From Tubiluchus corallicola (lineage: Eukaryota; Animalia; Priapulida): a DNA stretch of 64,000 nucleotides. The DNA lies in contig JAQGDQ010000110.1 in assembly GCA_030141605.1 (NCBI GenBank), forward strand, positions 434,001 to 498,000. Reading direction: 5' to 3'. Position numbers and translations under genes: made by a program. The notes beneath the pieces were generated by a model, which was given only the letters and a program-made list of their open reading frames with translations, was not told the origin of the DNA and did not search any database. This document shows, in pieces, positions 28,167-40,372 of this stretch; within the stretch, counting starts at the first letter, position 1; each line of letters begins with the position of its first letter.

Positions 28167-28866
28167 CTATAACTAATTGCCCAATTTTCTCTAGTCTTCA
28201 AACAAACGTGTTCTTTGTTGATCACGGTCTTTATGTCTATGTTGTGGCTAGGTGTTTGACTTCAACTATATTTACTTAATGAACTCTTCAACATCTATTT
28301 GTCTATAGACTCCGTGCGTTATCATCAATTATCAGCAAACAAATAAATAGTAACTCTAACGGTTTTTAAGTACTAGGACAACTAGTCGAATTAAGAAGTC
28401 GGCATTTGCTACAGTGAAAAATATTTGAGGTGGAAGAATGAATTGCACTTGTTTCAACCAAAGGCAGTTTAAGAAAAAAATGTTAAAGTAGGCATCCTGT
28501 ACGTCAGTTTAAAAACTTTAAATGTCGGCTGTTGTTTTGTAACCTACTTCATGTAGTTGTAGTTAGAGTTCAGCTGGCCGACAACCATTAATTCTACATT
28601 TGAGTTTTCAGTTGCGACTGTAATTTATGATTCAACAGAATTTTTCGCGCCACGACTAACAATTTTCATTCAATTCCATTTTATTGTGCTGTAGCGCCGC
28701 AATTCAAAACCACTTTTCCCGTCTGTATTATTATTGAAATTTATATAAATCGGTTTGCTAACACTCGCACACCCGGCAGCTATTTTCAGAATTGCATTAA
28801 ACTGTTCAAAGGAAAAAAGGGAAGAGAGTGGGGCGGAGAGCCGAGGGGAGAGAAACAGAGGGAAGG

Positions 28867-28869
<3 letters not shown>

Positions 28870-28937
<68 letters not shown>
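28870..28937. repeat. (GA)n microsatellite
   Basis: Perfect dinucleotide run. Confidence 0.97.
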
Positions 28938-28940
<3 letters not shown>

Positions 28941-31900
28941 GTTGGGGGAAAGACTTACTTTCTGCCGTTTTTCTTCTTTTTCTAATCTAGATTGTCGGGA
29001 TTTTCTTTAGTTTGTGCAGACATGCAAGTTTTAATCATCCGTAAATGCAAGAAAGGAAGTTTCGTACCATACGTTTCGTGTCTGAGAAGCCGTTCTTGAT
29101 TAAACAAGTCTTTACAGCCTTACCTGCTTTATTGGATAAATGGGCTTTATATATGGTCTTTGTACTTAATTACTTATGGGCTTTTATGACGCCAGCTGTA
29201 ATCTGCAAAAAAAAATAAAAGTACCAAAGACAGATTCAAACCTTTTGAGGGAATTTGTGCAGCGAGGGATTCAGCTATCGCGAATCGTTGGGTGCTGCTG
29301 GTTTCAAAACGGAAACCTATACAGATATTATATTGTTAGTGCCAAAAATGATAAGAATAGTAGCCTAGTATAGGGTTTAGGTAGAGGAACATTACTAGCA
29401 ACTTACCATATTAGGTTAGAAACTTACAATAATGCTGTTTGTGATGACTACTCGTAGTGGCCAGATTACACAATCATTCTTATGACTGGAATAATCTCTG
29501 GTGTCACTGAGATGCTAAATTTAGTGATTGTCAGCCTTATCAGCCTGGATTAGCATTAGTTATCCACATCATGTTTGGAATCATAAAGCACTGGGGGCTT
29601 TGTGTATTTTACAGATGAGACCAATTGATGGAGCCACTTACCCAATGGCTTTCTGTACAGTAATCGCACGGGCATTTTTACTCGGTATCGTTATGGTAAC
29701 TAACGCCATCAGAGTAAAGTGTTTTGACTTTACACTCTTTTGATTTATTTGCCTTGCATTGCACAAGTACCATTTAAACGGTAATTTAGAAGAGTTTCAG
29801 ATTACTATTAGAACAGAGTCCTGTGATCTCATTCCAATATATGTCACAAAAGCTTATAAACTAGGTCTGCTCATTTTACCATGTCTATGCTTACTTTGAA
29901 GATGTTTTTCCATATGGTATCACTTAACCTTCGTACATGCAAAGTGAAATCCGAGTAAAATGGGCGCGTCTACAGTTTACTTGCTCGCCTGTGTTTGTGG
30001 ATGTTGTACTATTGGTATGTGTCACTTTCCATATGGCCTGAATGAGATTGGAACCGAATAATGATGATTTTAAGTAATCGAGCATTCTAGCGTACGTACG
30101 TCTTACTTGTGGAATATTGGTATGTTCTAGGCATCTTGTTAATGGTCTCCATTAGGCTAGTTAGCATGTATTAAGAAATACTTGTTAAAGTTTACTGGCT
30201 CTTATTCAGTTCAGCGCTTAGCAAGCCGGAATCTAGCAGTTAACACCAAGCCCTACCTGATGTATTTTTTCCTGGCAGCCATGCATTTGCAGATCGAATA
30301 GGCTTTTCTTAACTGCAGTTGCAGAACCAACACACTGCTCAGCTATTCTCCTGTCGTGAAAGTATGCCAAATCGGATAATTTCTGTAAAGCGCCATGTAT
30401 GTTTTGAGTTGGCCGAAGTGTTTTTAAACATTGTTAATGAATGTATTCAAATCTTTATACAAGTCTTTAGTCCTCAAGATGAACACTAAAGAGTTAAGTG
30501 AAAGCTAATCTCAGTCCAGCTTTCTTTGCTCATCTTCGAAATTCCTCAAGATGTAGTTCACGGTGGCATATTCTTTTACTGACCTCCCGTGGTCCGTAGA
30601 TACAACTGCATTCGAATTTAGGTCACTCTAACTTTAACCCCAGACTTGCAGAACTTGCTCAAAACTAAAGAAAGACGTTTAATCGTTATTACCGTAGATA
30701 TAATAAATTTTGTCGTATCAGCTGGCTTGCAAACATACCAATACATGTAACAATAGTGCAAATATTCCCATTCTTTACAAGCATTGTCTAAGACTGGCTT
30801 TACTGGAGTACTCACTAATGTGCTTTTCGTGTAACGCGCGCTGGAAATCATTGAACTCCATTATATAATTTTGAGGGTTAGTGTAAACAAGCAAGGGCCT
30901 GTTGTTGAAGTTTCGGACCTGCATTCCGTAAAGACGTTTTAAAAGCTTTTAGTTTCACTTGGTGAATGTTTGTTATTTGCAGTAAGTTGAGCGGTATTTC
31001 TGACGCAATGGCGCATTCATAAAAACTGCGGATTTCAATGTTATTGTACTAGAAAAACGGTCTTACAGTCGAGTTCGATTACTATTTAAACTGGTATCCA
31101 GGTCGAATAGCTTAGACAGTTATTGCTCACTGCTCTTGTCTGGCAGACACTAAATGCATTGTTATTCCAAATAGTCAACTTTTCATATAGCAAATGTGTA
31201 ATATTTCACATTTCACAAATATAGAATTACAGTACATTTAGCGTTTTCCATTAACGAGCAATAAGCACTAATTACCTGATGCTGTCACTGTAACAGTGAC
31301 CGGTTCGTACGTAGATGATAAAATGATTAAAAAATTAAAGCAATGAGGAATAGAATAACCGTTCACAAAGAGAAAACAGCTTTATTATTAATCTATCTCG
31401 GAAAAGGATAATGTATTTATCATCAAGCCTGACCCAAAGATGGATGGGTGACCACCAGTGGTACCAGAAAAAACTGCGTGTAGGCTGTTTATCTTTTTAG
31501 GAGAAGATTGTACACACTCAAACGTGTCTGAGAATCATCTGTCTAATCTTAGTAGATTCTTGTTATGTAGATAATTGATAATTATTAGTCCTTCTATCAC
31601 AACCATTTAGATTAAGTAGGGCTTGCTTCTGAGTGGTGAGTCTCGCTTTTAGTGTGTCAAGCTGCATTAAAATTCATTTTCTCAAAAGTGATAGCTTTAA
31701 ATATAAGTGTACCTATAGTCATATACATTCATACATACGTATACATTTCATATATATAGTCCATATATACATACGTTACACAGCAAGTACTGCATTGTAT
31801 GACATATATATTGAGTAAACAAGAAAGGTGAACAATTTCTGGTGTACAAAACATTTCGTCAGTCATTGGACTCGTTGCCTTTCAGTAATAAATATCGTGG

Positions 31901-33399
31901 TCTCATCGACAAATACTTCATACTCGTTAATTCGGCGGCTGATTTTTCACATTTTCACATAAATTCGCAATCAGCCACTATAATTATGCACTTCTATATT
32001 TCATAGAACGCCTGCTGGTGAGGCAACATAATAACAGACCGGTTGATTAACTTTTTGCATACGTCCCAAATTATTTGCATTGAGCTTTACAATAAGACCT
32101 TAATTTACATGCAACAGATGTTTCACAAGCAAATTATATATAAACTGTACTAGCATAATGTAATTACATATTCAATATCGTACAAAAGCATTAACCACAT
32201 AATATGTACTTGTATACTTTTTTGATAGTTTAATTATTATAGCTGTTGCAAGGACAAATGATTGAATTTCACTCTTGATATGTATGTTAAACTAGCATTA
32301 ATACAGACAAATGTTCCTTTTTTTATAAAAAAGTGTAGCCGTGGCAATGTTAAGAAATTCTTGTATTTAGTTCAATCATTTTAGCTTTGCCCGTTTTTAA
32401 CCAACATTGTACTTTCTAAGTTTAAATTTCTGATCTTTTTTATTGTTTTTCTGTTTCCCTATCTCGTTTGCCTGAAATCGAAAACAGCAGTCTAGTTTTG
32501 TAATAGTAAATTCTCTGCTATAAAAACAGTTGTTGCTAAGCACAATTCAAAATCTTTTGAGAAAGCAATAAAAGACTGTTTTCTGTTCTCCGTTTTCAAG
32601 AGTTTCAACATACAGTAATCATTCGAACTTTGCGCAAATTGTTGTAAATTGAACTAGTCGGTTAAATTTATGGCTGAAATTTTTCTGTGGCTGCCGTTGC
32701 ACAGCTTGTACTGTCTTTGCAACTCGAGTAATAGTAAATTTCTTGGCGCCATCTGGGCAAAACGTTTAACTGATTTTCGAGTGTTTCCGCCATAGATGTT
32801 TCGGCGTTTGGACTACGTAAATATTTCATTAACGTCGTCACAATATGAGACTCTTTTAACACCCATTTTCTTTTAAAACTATCCCTCAAGGTCAAACTAA
32901 TACACGTTAAATTCTAAGAAACTTAAATAGGTGCGTACATCCTTAGTTGTAATTTCTTTACTTTTTATGTAGCTTGATATGCATGAAAGTTGATTAATGA
33001 CTACACTATTGTCGGTTAGTGGCTAAGGCTGCAGGCTAGGTTACTTTGCAAGACTGTATATGTGCGCTGATATTAAAGTTTTGCTGTGGTATGGGCTATG
33101 CATGTGCGAAATCTTAAAGCTGCAATGCTACTATTTCATCTCATTTTTAAAAATGGTCTTGAGCGCACTTGACCCAGTGATCCGTGACCTGTATAACTCA
33201 GTATTTACTAACATTTCTTGGCTCGCGCATTTCACTCTGACCACAAGAAAATTGTTATCCGGTAATCTCACGAATTTTATTTGTGATTTCAGATTAGCGA
33301 TTTTATAGTTTCTGACGATATCCTCCCATTTCGCCAGTGGTACTGTATGAAATAATATATTTCATATGATTTACTTTTCTATTCAGCAAATGTTTCAGT

Positions 33400-33635
33400 T
33401 CACCAGTAATACATTTCGCCAGCGAACTTGTTACCTTTATACGTTGTCATTAGTATCACTGGCAAAATGTTCCACTGGGAACCGGATAACTGCCGAATTG
33501 TACTACTGACGAAATGTAACACTGGCCAACTGCACCGATAGCGAAATATACCACTGGTGAGTTGTACCACTGCCCAAGTGTACCACTTGTGAAATGCACA
33601 ACTGGCGAATTGTACCACTGGCGGTTTATGCACTG
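33400..33635. repeat. Degenerate tandem repeat of about 16-17 bp (CACTGGCGAATTGTAC-like)
   Basis: Recurrent cactggc(g/a)aa(t)tgtac motifs, about 10 diverged units. Confidence 0.7.
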
Positions 33636-35167
33636 CTATACATTCTTTCTGAACAAGCCGTATGTTTCTCTGTAAGGTCTTTAAACTTGGCGTTATATTC
33701 TTTTTATTTTGTTTATAGTGTAAGAGGGTAAGAATAGGTGAGAGTAAGAAAAAAGATAGAGAAAGCAGTGCGCATACATTGTTATTACGTTTAAATAGCG
33801 GTGTACAGTTCTATTTCAGGCTCATTTCTTATTCAGGTGCGCTTGTTAGTCAGAAACACATTAAATCGATAGCTGCCTGTCTTTTGTCCACTGTTATTAC
33901 AATGAACAAAGCCCGACTGGCATGCAATAATTCGATAAATTTGCTCAATAGACTTGGAGGTTATTGGCATGTGCTTTAAAACCGGTAGCTGTATGAGATA
34001 ATTTTGGTGTCCGAGCTTTCACTGTCAGGCACGTGAAAAGAATGCCGAAATATCTGTGGAATTTTTGAAGTTTTCAACATAGAGGTCAGCACTAAACACC
34101 CTGAAATTTCCACATACTTTCTATGCGATGTTTTTTTAAATAAGCCGTCAACGCTATAGCTCACACGTATATTTACATAAGCCATAAGCCATTCTTTGCT
34201 TCTCGTGCTGATGTTAAGTTATTCTTGACGCAAGCATTCAATAAATGCTAATGCTATTAAAGGTTAGTTTGGGAATTTCAGTAGCAGTTGCAAGAAAGCA
34301 CTTTCTCCCACTTAACACGAATAGTTCTACGTCAATAAAGCCAACAATACAGCTGGTTCTATTGAATGAGGCATGCAGTTATGTAGTTACGTAATGGTTG
34401 ATTTGTCGAAGTCATCAGCTCCTTCTTTAGTCTGTTCACACAGTGTTCAGCAAGATCATTGATGAAACCTGAAGTACAGTGGCTTCGCTTGCTCGTGGTG
34501 AATATCAAGTAGGTCTGCCTGCACAAGAGTTGTAGAGGCTTTTATTGCTTGACATAATGTGGTTGCTGCTGTTTGACTAATACTGATTAATTGGCAGAGA
34601 TGATTGCGAACAGAGAGAGCGTTTCTGACGGGCTGCACGCGTTTCCGTCAGCAATTGCCATGCATCACAGAATGTGGCCTAGAAAGGCTTCTGCAAAATT
34701 ATTTGCTGCGATGGAAATAACTCTTGATAAATTAGGGCAGAATAGTTACATTACTGATAAATTATTGCGTACGTGACTAATTTTCCTTTTTGGGGCATTT
34801 CGTTTAGTGTTTTAGTTTATTCCGAGTAAGTTGAGACTTGTGAGCTAAAAATGTCCTCACCAGAATTATCGTTCTACACTTGCAATTCAAGGTGAAAAAG
34901 GCGTGGCGCGAGGGAAAATTGTCGCTTATGGAAGTCTTTAATTCTATGTGGTCTTTAGACCTAGTTGTTAATATTAGTGAACATTCTTAAATTTCGCACT
35001 TGTTCCGTAGCGGAGCGCTTTAGCCAAAATTGAAGATTTGAACCTTAGGTTAACGTCGCATTATGACGAAATAGTCCATCAGTCTCACCCAAGATTCTCT
35101 CATATTAATGTTTACTGTATACTCTTAGTATTGCCCTATAATAACGTTTTTTGCTTTTACATTTCAG

Positions 35168-35570
35168 CCCAGTGTCAGCAGATGAGAACCCATTCAGACC
35201 GGATGGTGACTTGTCACAAGAAGCCGATGCCATCGTTGAAGCCATCAAACTAGGTCAGCCATTGTCTCCGACTACAACTAGTGTTTCCTATGAAGAACAG
35301 TTAACAAGGACTCATGTATCTAATGATACAGCAGCAGCGCCACCGCAACAAGCAAATAATGTGAATGAAAAAGTGGGCAATGACGTTGCTGACGCTAAAA
35401 CTAAAAACAATGTTGCCAATGTGACGCATTCACAACCCAATGTTGAAGATGGACAAACCGTGGAAGTGCAAGCTGCACTAGTGGCGCCAGCTAGTGATGG
35501 AAATGTTCAAGTTGAGCACGTGACAATAGAGAAAAAGAAGAAGTGCTGCAATGGCTGCACTATATTGTAG
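35168..35570 (+). CDS. Terminal coding exon of a predicted prenylated/palmitoylated membrane-anchored protein (paralemmin-like C-terminal tail KKKKCCNGCTIL)
   Basis: Strong acceptor ttttttgcttttacatttcag ending at 35167, phase 2, 133 codons to TAG. Ends in polybasic + CC + CaaX (CTIL). Starts with a short ordered-looking block ENPFRPDGDLSQEADAIVEAIK followed by low-complexity sequence. Confidence 0.85.
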
Positions 35571-37485
35571 CTATGCAGCCCAAGTATTGTGTTACTGTTG
35601 TTATTAATATGAGCCTCAGCAACAATTGTGTATCTGTTCTGTAGGCTGCTGCTTATGTCCTTGTTTTATTGTTGAATAATGGATGCACTAAGCTGGAAAT
35701 GGTTATAATAAGCTTCTTTTCTCTCCAGTTACCACGTTAATATCCTCAAGCATATTATTTCATTGTTGCATTACCCAGCATAGCTGTAAAACTATTTTGG
35801 TGGTGAAGATTAAAATTTGAGAATGGCCCAAAGTGAGTAGGGCCTAGTTGAAAAGATAAATAAATATGAGTAGGCCCTCAATATGCTAAGTGATGTGACA
35901 TATGGTTACGACTGTTACTACATGTAGAGATCGTAACTTCATGACAAAATATGCATCTGTCACATCTTGTGCATTTGTTCCTTCTAAGTTTGTACTTGCA
36001 TTATCAGTGCAATTGAAATTTTTGTTCATTGGAAGGTGTTCAGATCCTTAGATCATTGGGACATTTGTAGCAATGAATATTTTAAAGCAAATTGTTTTTT
36101 ATATATAAATTTGTTTTACTTCTGAAAACTAGTTAGGACCTCCTCACTTTGCAACAGTATTCTAATTGCGTAAAATATTTTAGTTGTCATGGTAATTATT
36201 GTTTTGAGTTACTAGATGTTAACAGAGAGTTGTATAAAAGTGTTTCAGAGGATGACTATAAGATACTAAAAATGGGACAAATTTAGTTAGGAAAAATCTT
36301 ATTTGTTTTACTCAAAACCATGTTAATAAGATTTTAAATACGAATTAGACATACTTGTACAAAATTTTAAGCGTTGTTAGGGATAACTCTGTAGTTTTAA
36401 TTCACTGACCTGTAAGTTTTTATTTTTCTGCCATGTTAAAATTGTCATAATAACTCCCACATGGCGTGGTGCCTGTTACTCTTTCGTTGTTAATTTTAAC
36501 TTCAAACGGTTTAACTACAGGAATTTTATTAACAATGTTATTTCATTACTCACAGTTATTAATCTTAGTCGATTTCTTTGCTGATCCCTATGAATTTCTT
36601 CGACATGCATGACTTTATGTCCGTGCTTCCACGTATGAGTGATTGACTTTATTAATTTTCTTGTGCACTTTGGCATCTTTGCTTTCCTTCAAATTTTTAT
36701 GTTATCACTTTTTGAGCCTTCTCTTCGTCAAGCAATTAGACTACATAAGCAGAAATAAAATTAGTTTATCTCCACATTCTTCTTTAATTCTCCCTGAAGT
36801 CTGTGCTACCAATTTAATAAACTAACCCGTACAATATTTCATATTCATTCTGGATAATTTATACATTATGCGTTGGGCTTACCGCACTGGTTAATGTCTT
36901 ATGGGGACAACAGAGCCAAGTGTGGGAGGAGCACACAATTTTAGTTAGTAGCCCTTTTAACTCCCTCTTTTTCTTTGCTAAAGTGATTTAGGCGCATTTA
37001 GGATTTAGATAGCATTTCTAGGATTTACGCGCAAAATCGTAACAATGCTATCAATAATCTAAACCTGTTACTAACTACTAAGTTAGGTTCGGAAACTTTT
37101 TTACTTTGTAACTGTTTCAAGATATCTAAGTCTAATTAGACAGCTACTTATAAACAAAGTATCTTGTAATTACTAACATAGGTCTGAAACATGTTAAGCA
37201 GGCACTATGGAAAATGTCTTTTCTTTCTGTTAATGTATTTTTAACGTTCAGCTACTAAATTCAATGTATAGTTACGTGAATTTCATCACTCTTCTTTAAT
37301 CGTTTTTATGTAAATTTGTTCATTTTATCTTCTGATTCTGAATGGTTTTACTTAGACTAAGTGTACATTAGAAATTGACGAATAATTCTGTTGTTCAATA
37401 ATTATGCATATTTGTGAGGTTGATTTTGAGTGATTCTCTGCAGGAAACATTGTTAAAATATTAAAGGCAAAAATAATTATATTAA

Positions 37486-37491
37486 AATAAA
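37486..37491 (+). promoter_or_regulatory. Candidate polyadenylation signal for the CaaX-protein gene (3' UTR of about 1.9 kb)
   Basis: AATAAA followed about 20 nt later by a GT/T-rich tract (ttattgttgtgttc); other AATAAA hexamers lie upstream, so the choice is uncertain. Confidence 0.35.
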
Positions 37492-40372
37492 AGAAATTAA
37501 TTCAAGAAAATTATTGTTGTGTTCATTGCAATTATAACATGGTACAGCAGTGTAAAAATTTGTTCATCTGCTTGTCTGTGTTTCTTTGCTGTTTCTCCAA
37601 CACCGTTGACGAGACTTCAGCCAAGCTTGCACATCATGCACGTGGCCTGACCTCTAGTTGTGTTGAAAAAATTGGCTACCATGTTGTCTATAGTTGCCTA
37701 GCAAATAATGACCGAAAACTTAAACTTCTGGAATTGGTACTTATTGAAATTTTTTGTGTTTCTGTCTGTTTATGTTTCTCTGAGTTTCCTTGCTGTCTCT
37801 GCCACATCCCTGATCTGATTCCAGCAATACTTGCATATTTGTACAGATAAGGCCCGAGTTCTAGTTATGCAATAAAGAAATTGCTGGGGAGTTTCACAGG
37901 CTTTCTAACCATGTAGGCCTATAACTCAGTAAATTTTATTGTTGTGTGTGATCTTTTTGCAATCGTAACAAAAATTCTATAACTAACAGGTGCGTATTAG
38001 ATCGGACAAGGCAACAGGAAGATAGTAAGTAAATTTGGCGGTTGCTTCAACTACAGTTTACTTTATATTAACCACCAGGTGCAAGTGGTTGTTTTTACAC
38101 ACAGTTTAGAAAAAAAGTCTGTCTTCAAAACTCTGGTAAGCAATTTGCCTAAATGAATGTTTCAAGAGCACTAACTGGTGCACATTGTCACGAGACAGCT
38201 TGCTACATGAAGATAATAAAAAGGATGTCCTCGAACTACTGACAGACTAAAACGAGAGGTGGCTTCAAAAATCGTCCATTTTTCCGTAATGTTCAAATTG
38301 TTCAAACTTGAATGTTTATAAGCGTACTTTCAGTCCTGCGCCACACAATGGCTGTACAATAATTATTATCATATTTTTACATGCAGGCCTTATTACACAC
38401 TGGTGGCTTTTGCAGTTTCGAATAATCACGAACAACAGGAAAACTTTATTACATCATGTGATTATATCATCTGTAAAATTATAGTTATTTGCCTTACATA
38501 CATCGTGGTCCAAGTGTACGTAGTTGTATGGTCGCGGTCATTGATGGCGTATGTTCATTCAAGTCAGAAGAACTCGGACGGGACCCATTTGACAGTATGA
38601 AGATTTCTCAATTTCCACAAGATATAATGCATAAACAAAATTAACATACTCAGTTTGACCAGTCTTGACGGTAATGTATTTTCGTAGTTTAAGAGAAAAG
38701 TTTTGTGCGCGCTTGTAACGTGTAGCTTTTATAAAGTGTTTTATTGTAGATAAAGAGATAAATTCAAAAATTTTGAGAAAATTATGTATAGACATAATTT
38801 CAAATAGGATGTTTACTTCGTCACTGTACATTTTCGGGCCACCACTGAAATTATAGTTAGTGATGGCAAATTTCCTTAAGCTAGGTGTATACGAAAACCT
38901 GCTGCTAATGTCATTGCTGCTGTTAGTGCTATTAGGCTAGAGGCAAGTTTTAGGCTAAAACTGAGAAACCTAAAGTAAAGATTTGGTGCTGCTCACTGAC
39001 TGAGGCACTACTAGTGTTAAACAAACAACAGTGTTACAAGATTAATGTGTAAGTCGTAACACTAACAGTACTGTAAACAATGTGTTGCACAACTTTTTTT
39101 ACAGTATATCAATGATGGAGACTGTTTCGCAGGTGTGACTTTAAAATTGATACGACGAGGAATTTCTCTCAGTGTAAGCATCAGATACCAACAAATTGTT
39201 ACTAAGCAATATAAAATTAAGATATATTTATTTCATGCCAGGAGGTACTGCCATTAAGCAAACTAGGCATTTGTCTAGGGCACCAAGTTCTTGAAGTAAT
39301 TTCTTTAGTTTAGCATAAGTAATAATTAACGTAATATCAATGTAATTGCTCAAGTAACCAAATGAAACTTGCATTGTTAGCATTATTTTCCTGTCTAAAT
39401 GTATGATTCATCGACCAAAGCAAGTGTCATCCCATAGCAAAGCACCTTCTACTTATGTTTTTTCTGGTTTCCTCAAATTACATTAGTAACTTAGACCAGT
39501 TACTTCGCATTTTCTTTTGTATGCATAGAACTGGAAAGCCAAAGAAGTGCTTACAGTAATGATCTTTTCCTTAATAAAATGTTTCATACAGTAGCATAAA
39601 ATCTAATATAGCAGATAAACCTATAACAATCGAACTTTTCAGGAGCGGAACACAGTAAACGAAATGTAATAAAGTTGGTGTGTGATGATAGCAAAAAGAA
39701 CCCTAATAAAGTATTTGCAACCAGACCACAGATAACCAAAGTTATGGTTGTGAAGATGATGAAGATAATGAGATGGTTGTATATGTGAAAAAAGAGGTTA
39801 GGGTTTCAAAAATTATCTGTTGAAAAGGCTGCAAGAGAAAATTTAGCCAAGAGTGGCAGAAATTGAAGAAATTTGATTGCTCCTGAAGATCAAAGTCATA
39901 CAGTGGGATTGTAAATTCAATTTCAAATTCATTTGGGATCCTAGCCAAAACTTTGATTTTCCGGCCACCATAAATTAATTGTGACTTTCTTTCTTTGAGT
40001 TTTTTCCTAGCCAAAATTGTGACTTTTTTCTGTGAGTTTATTACCGGTCACCCGCTTTCGGCTGGTTTTTTGAAGGTCTGTTTTCTTGTTATTTCTTGTT
40101 ATTTTTTTACAGCTAAAATAATTCATTTCATAGTAAATTTTTTGTAGGTAAATTTGAGAGTCTTGCGTGTTTCGTAAAAGTAGAGTTGCTTCTTTTGCAG
40201 TTGAGTACTTTAATTAGTAAGTTACTATAATTGAGTATTTGAAGCACAATGATTAGTGTGCATTTTGCAACACTAGTTTATCTCTGTCTGTTTTTATTTA
40301 TATTTGTAACATGTTATCTTTTACAGAGTCTTCAGGATGTGACCTGTATAACTAAGATAACAGTGTCAAATA

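Noticed and set aside
28019-28279. ORFs spanning the N gap
   Set aside because: Artefacts of translating Ns.
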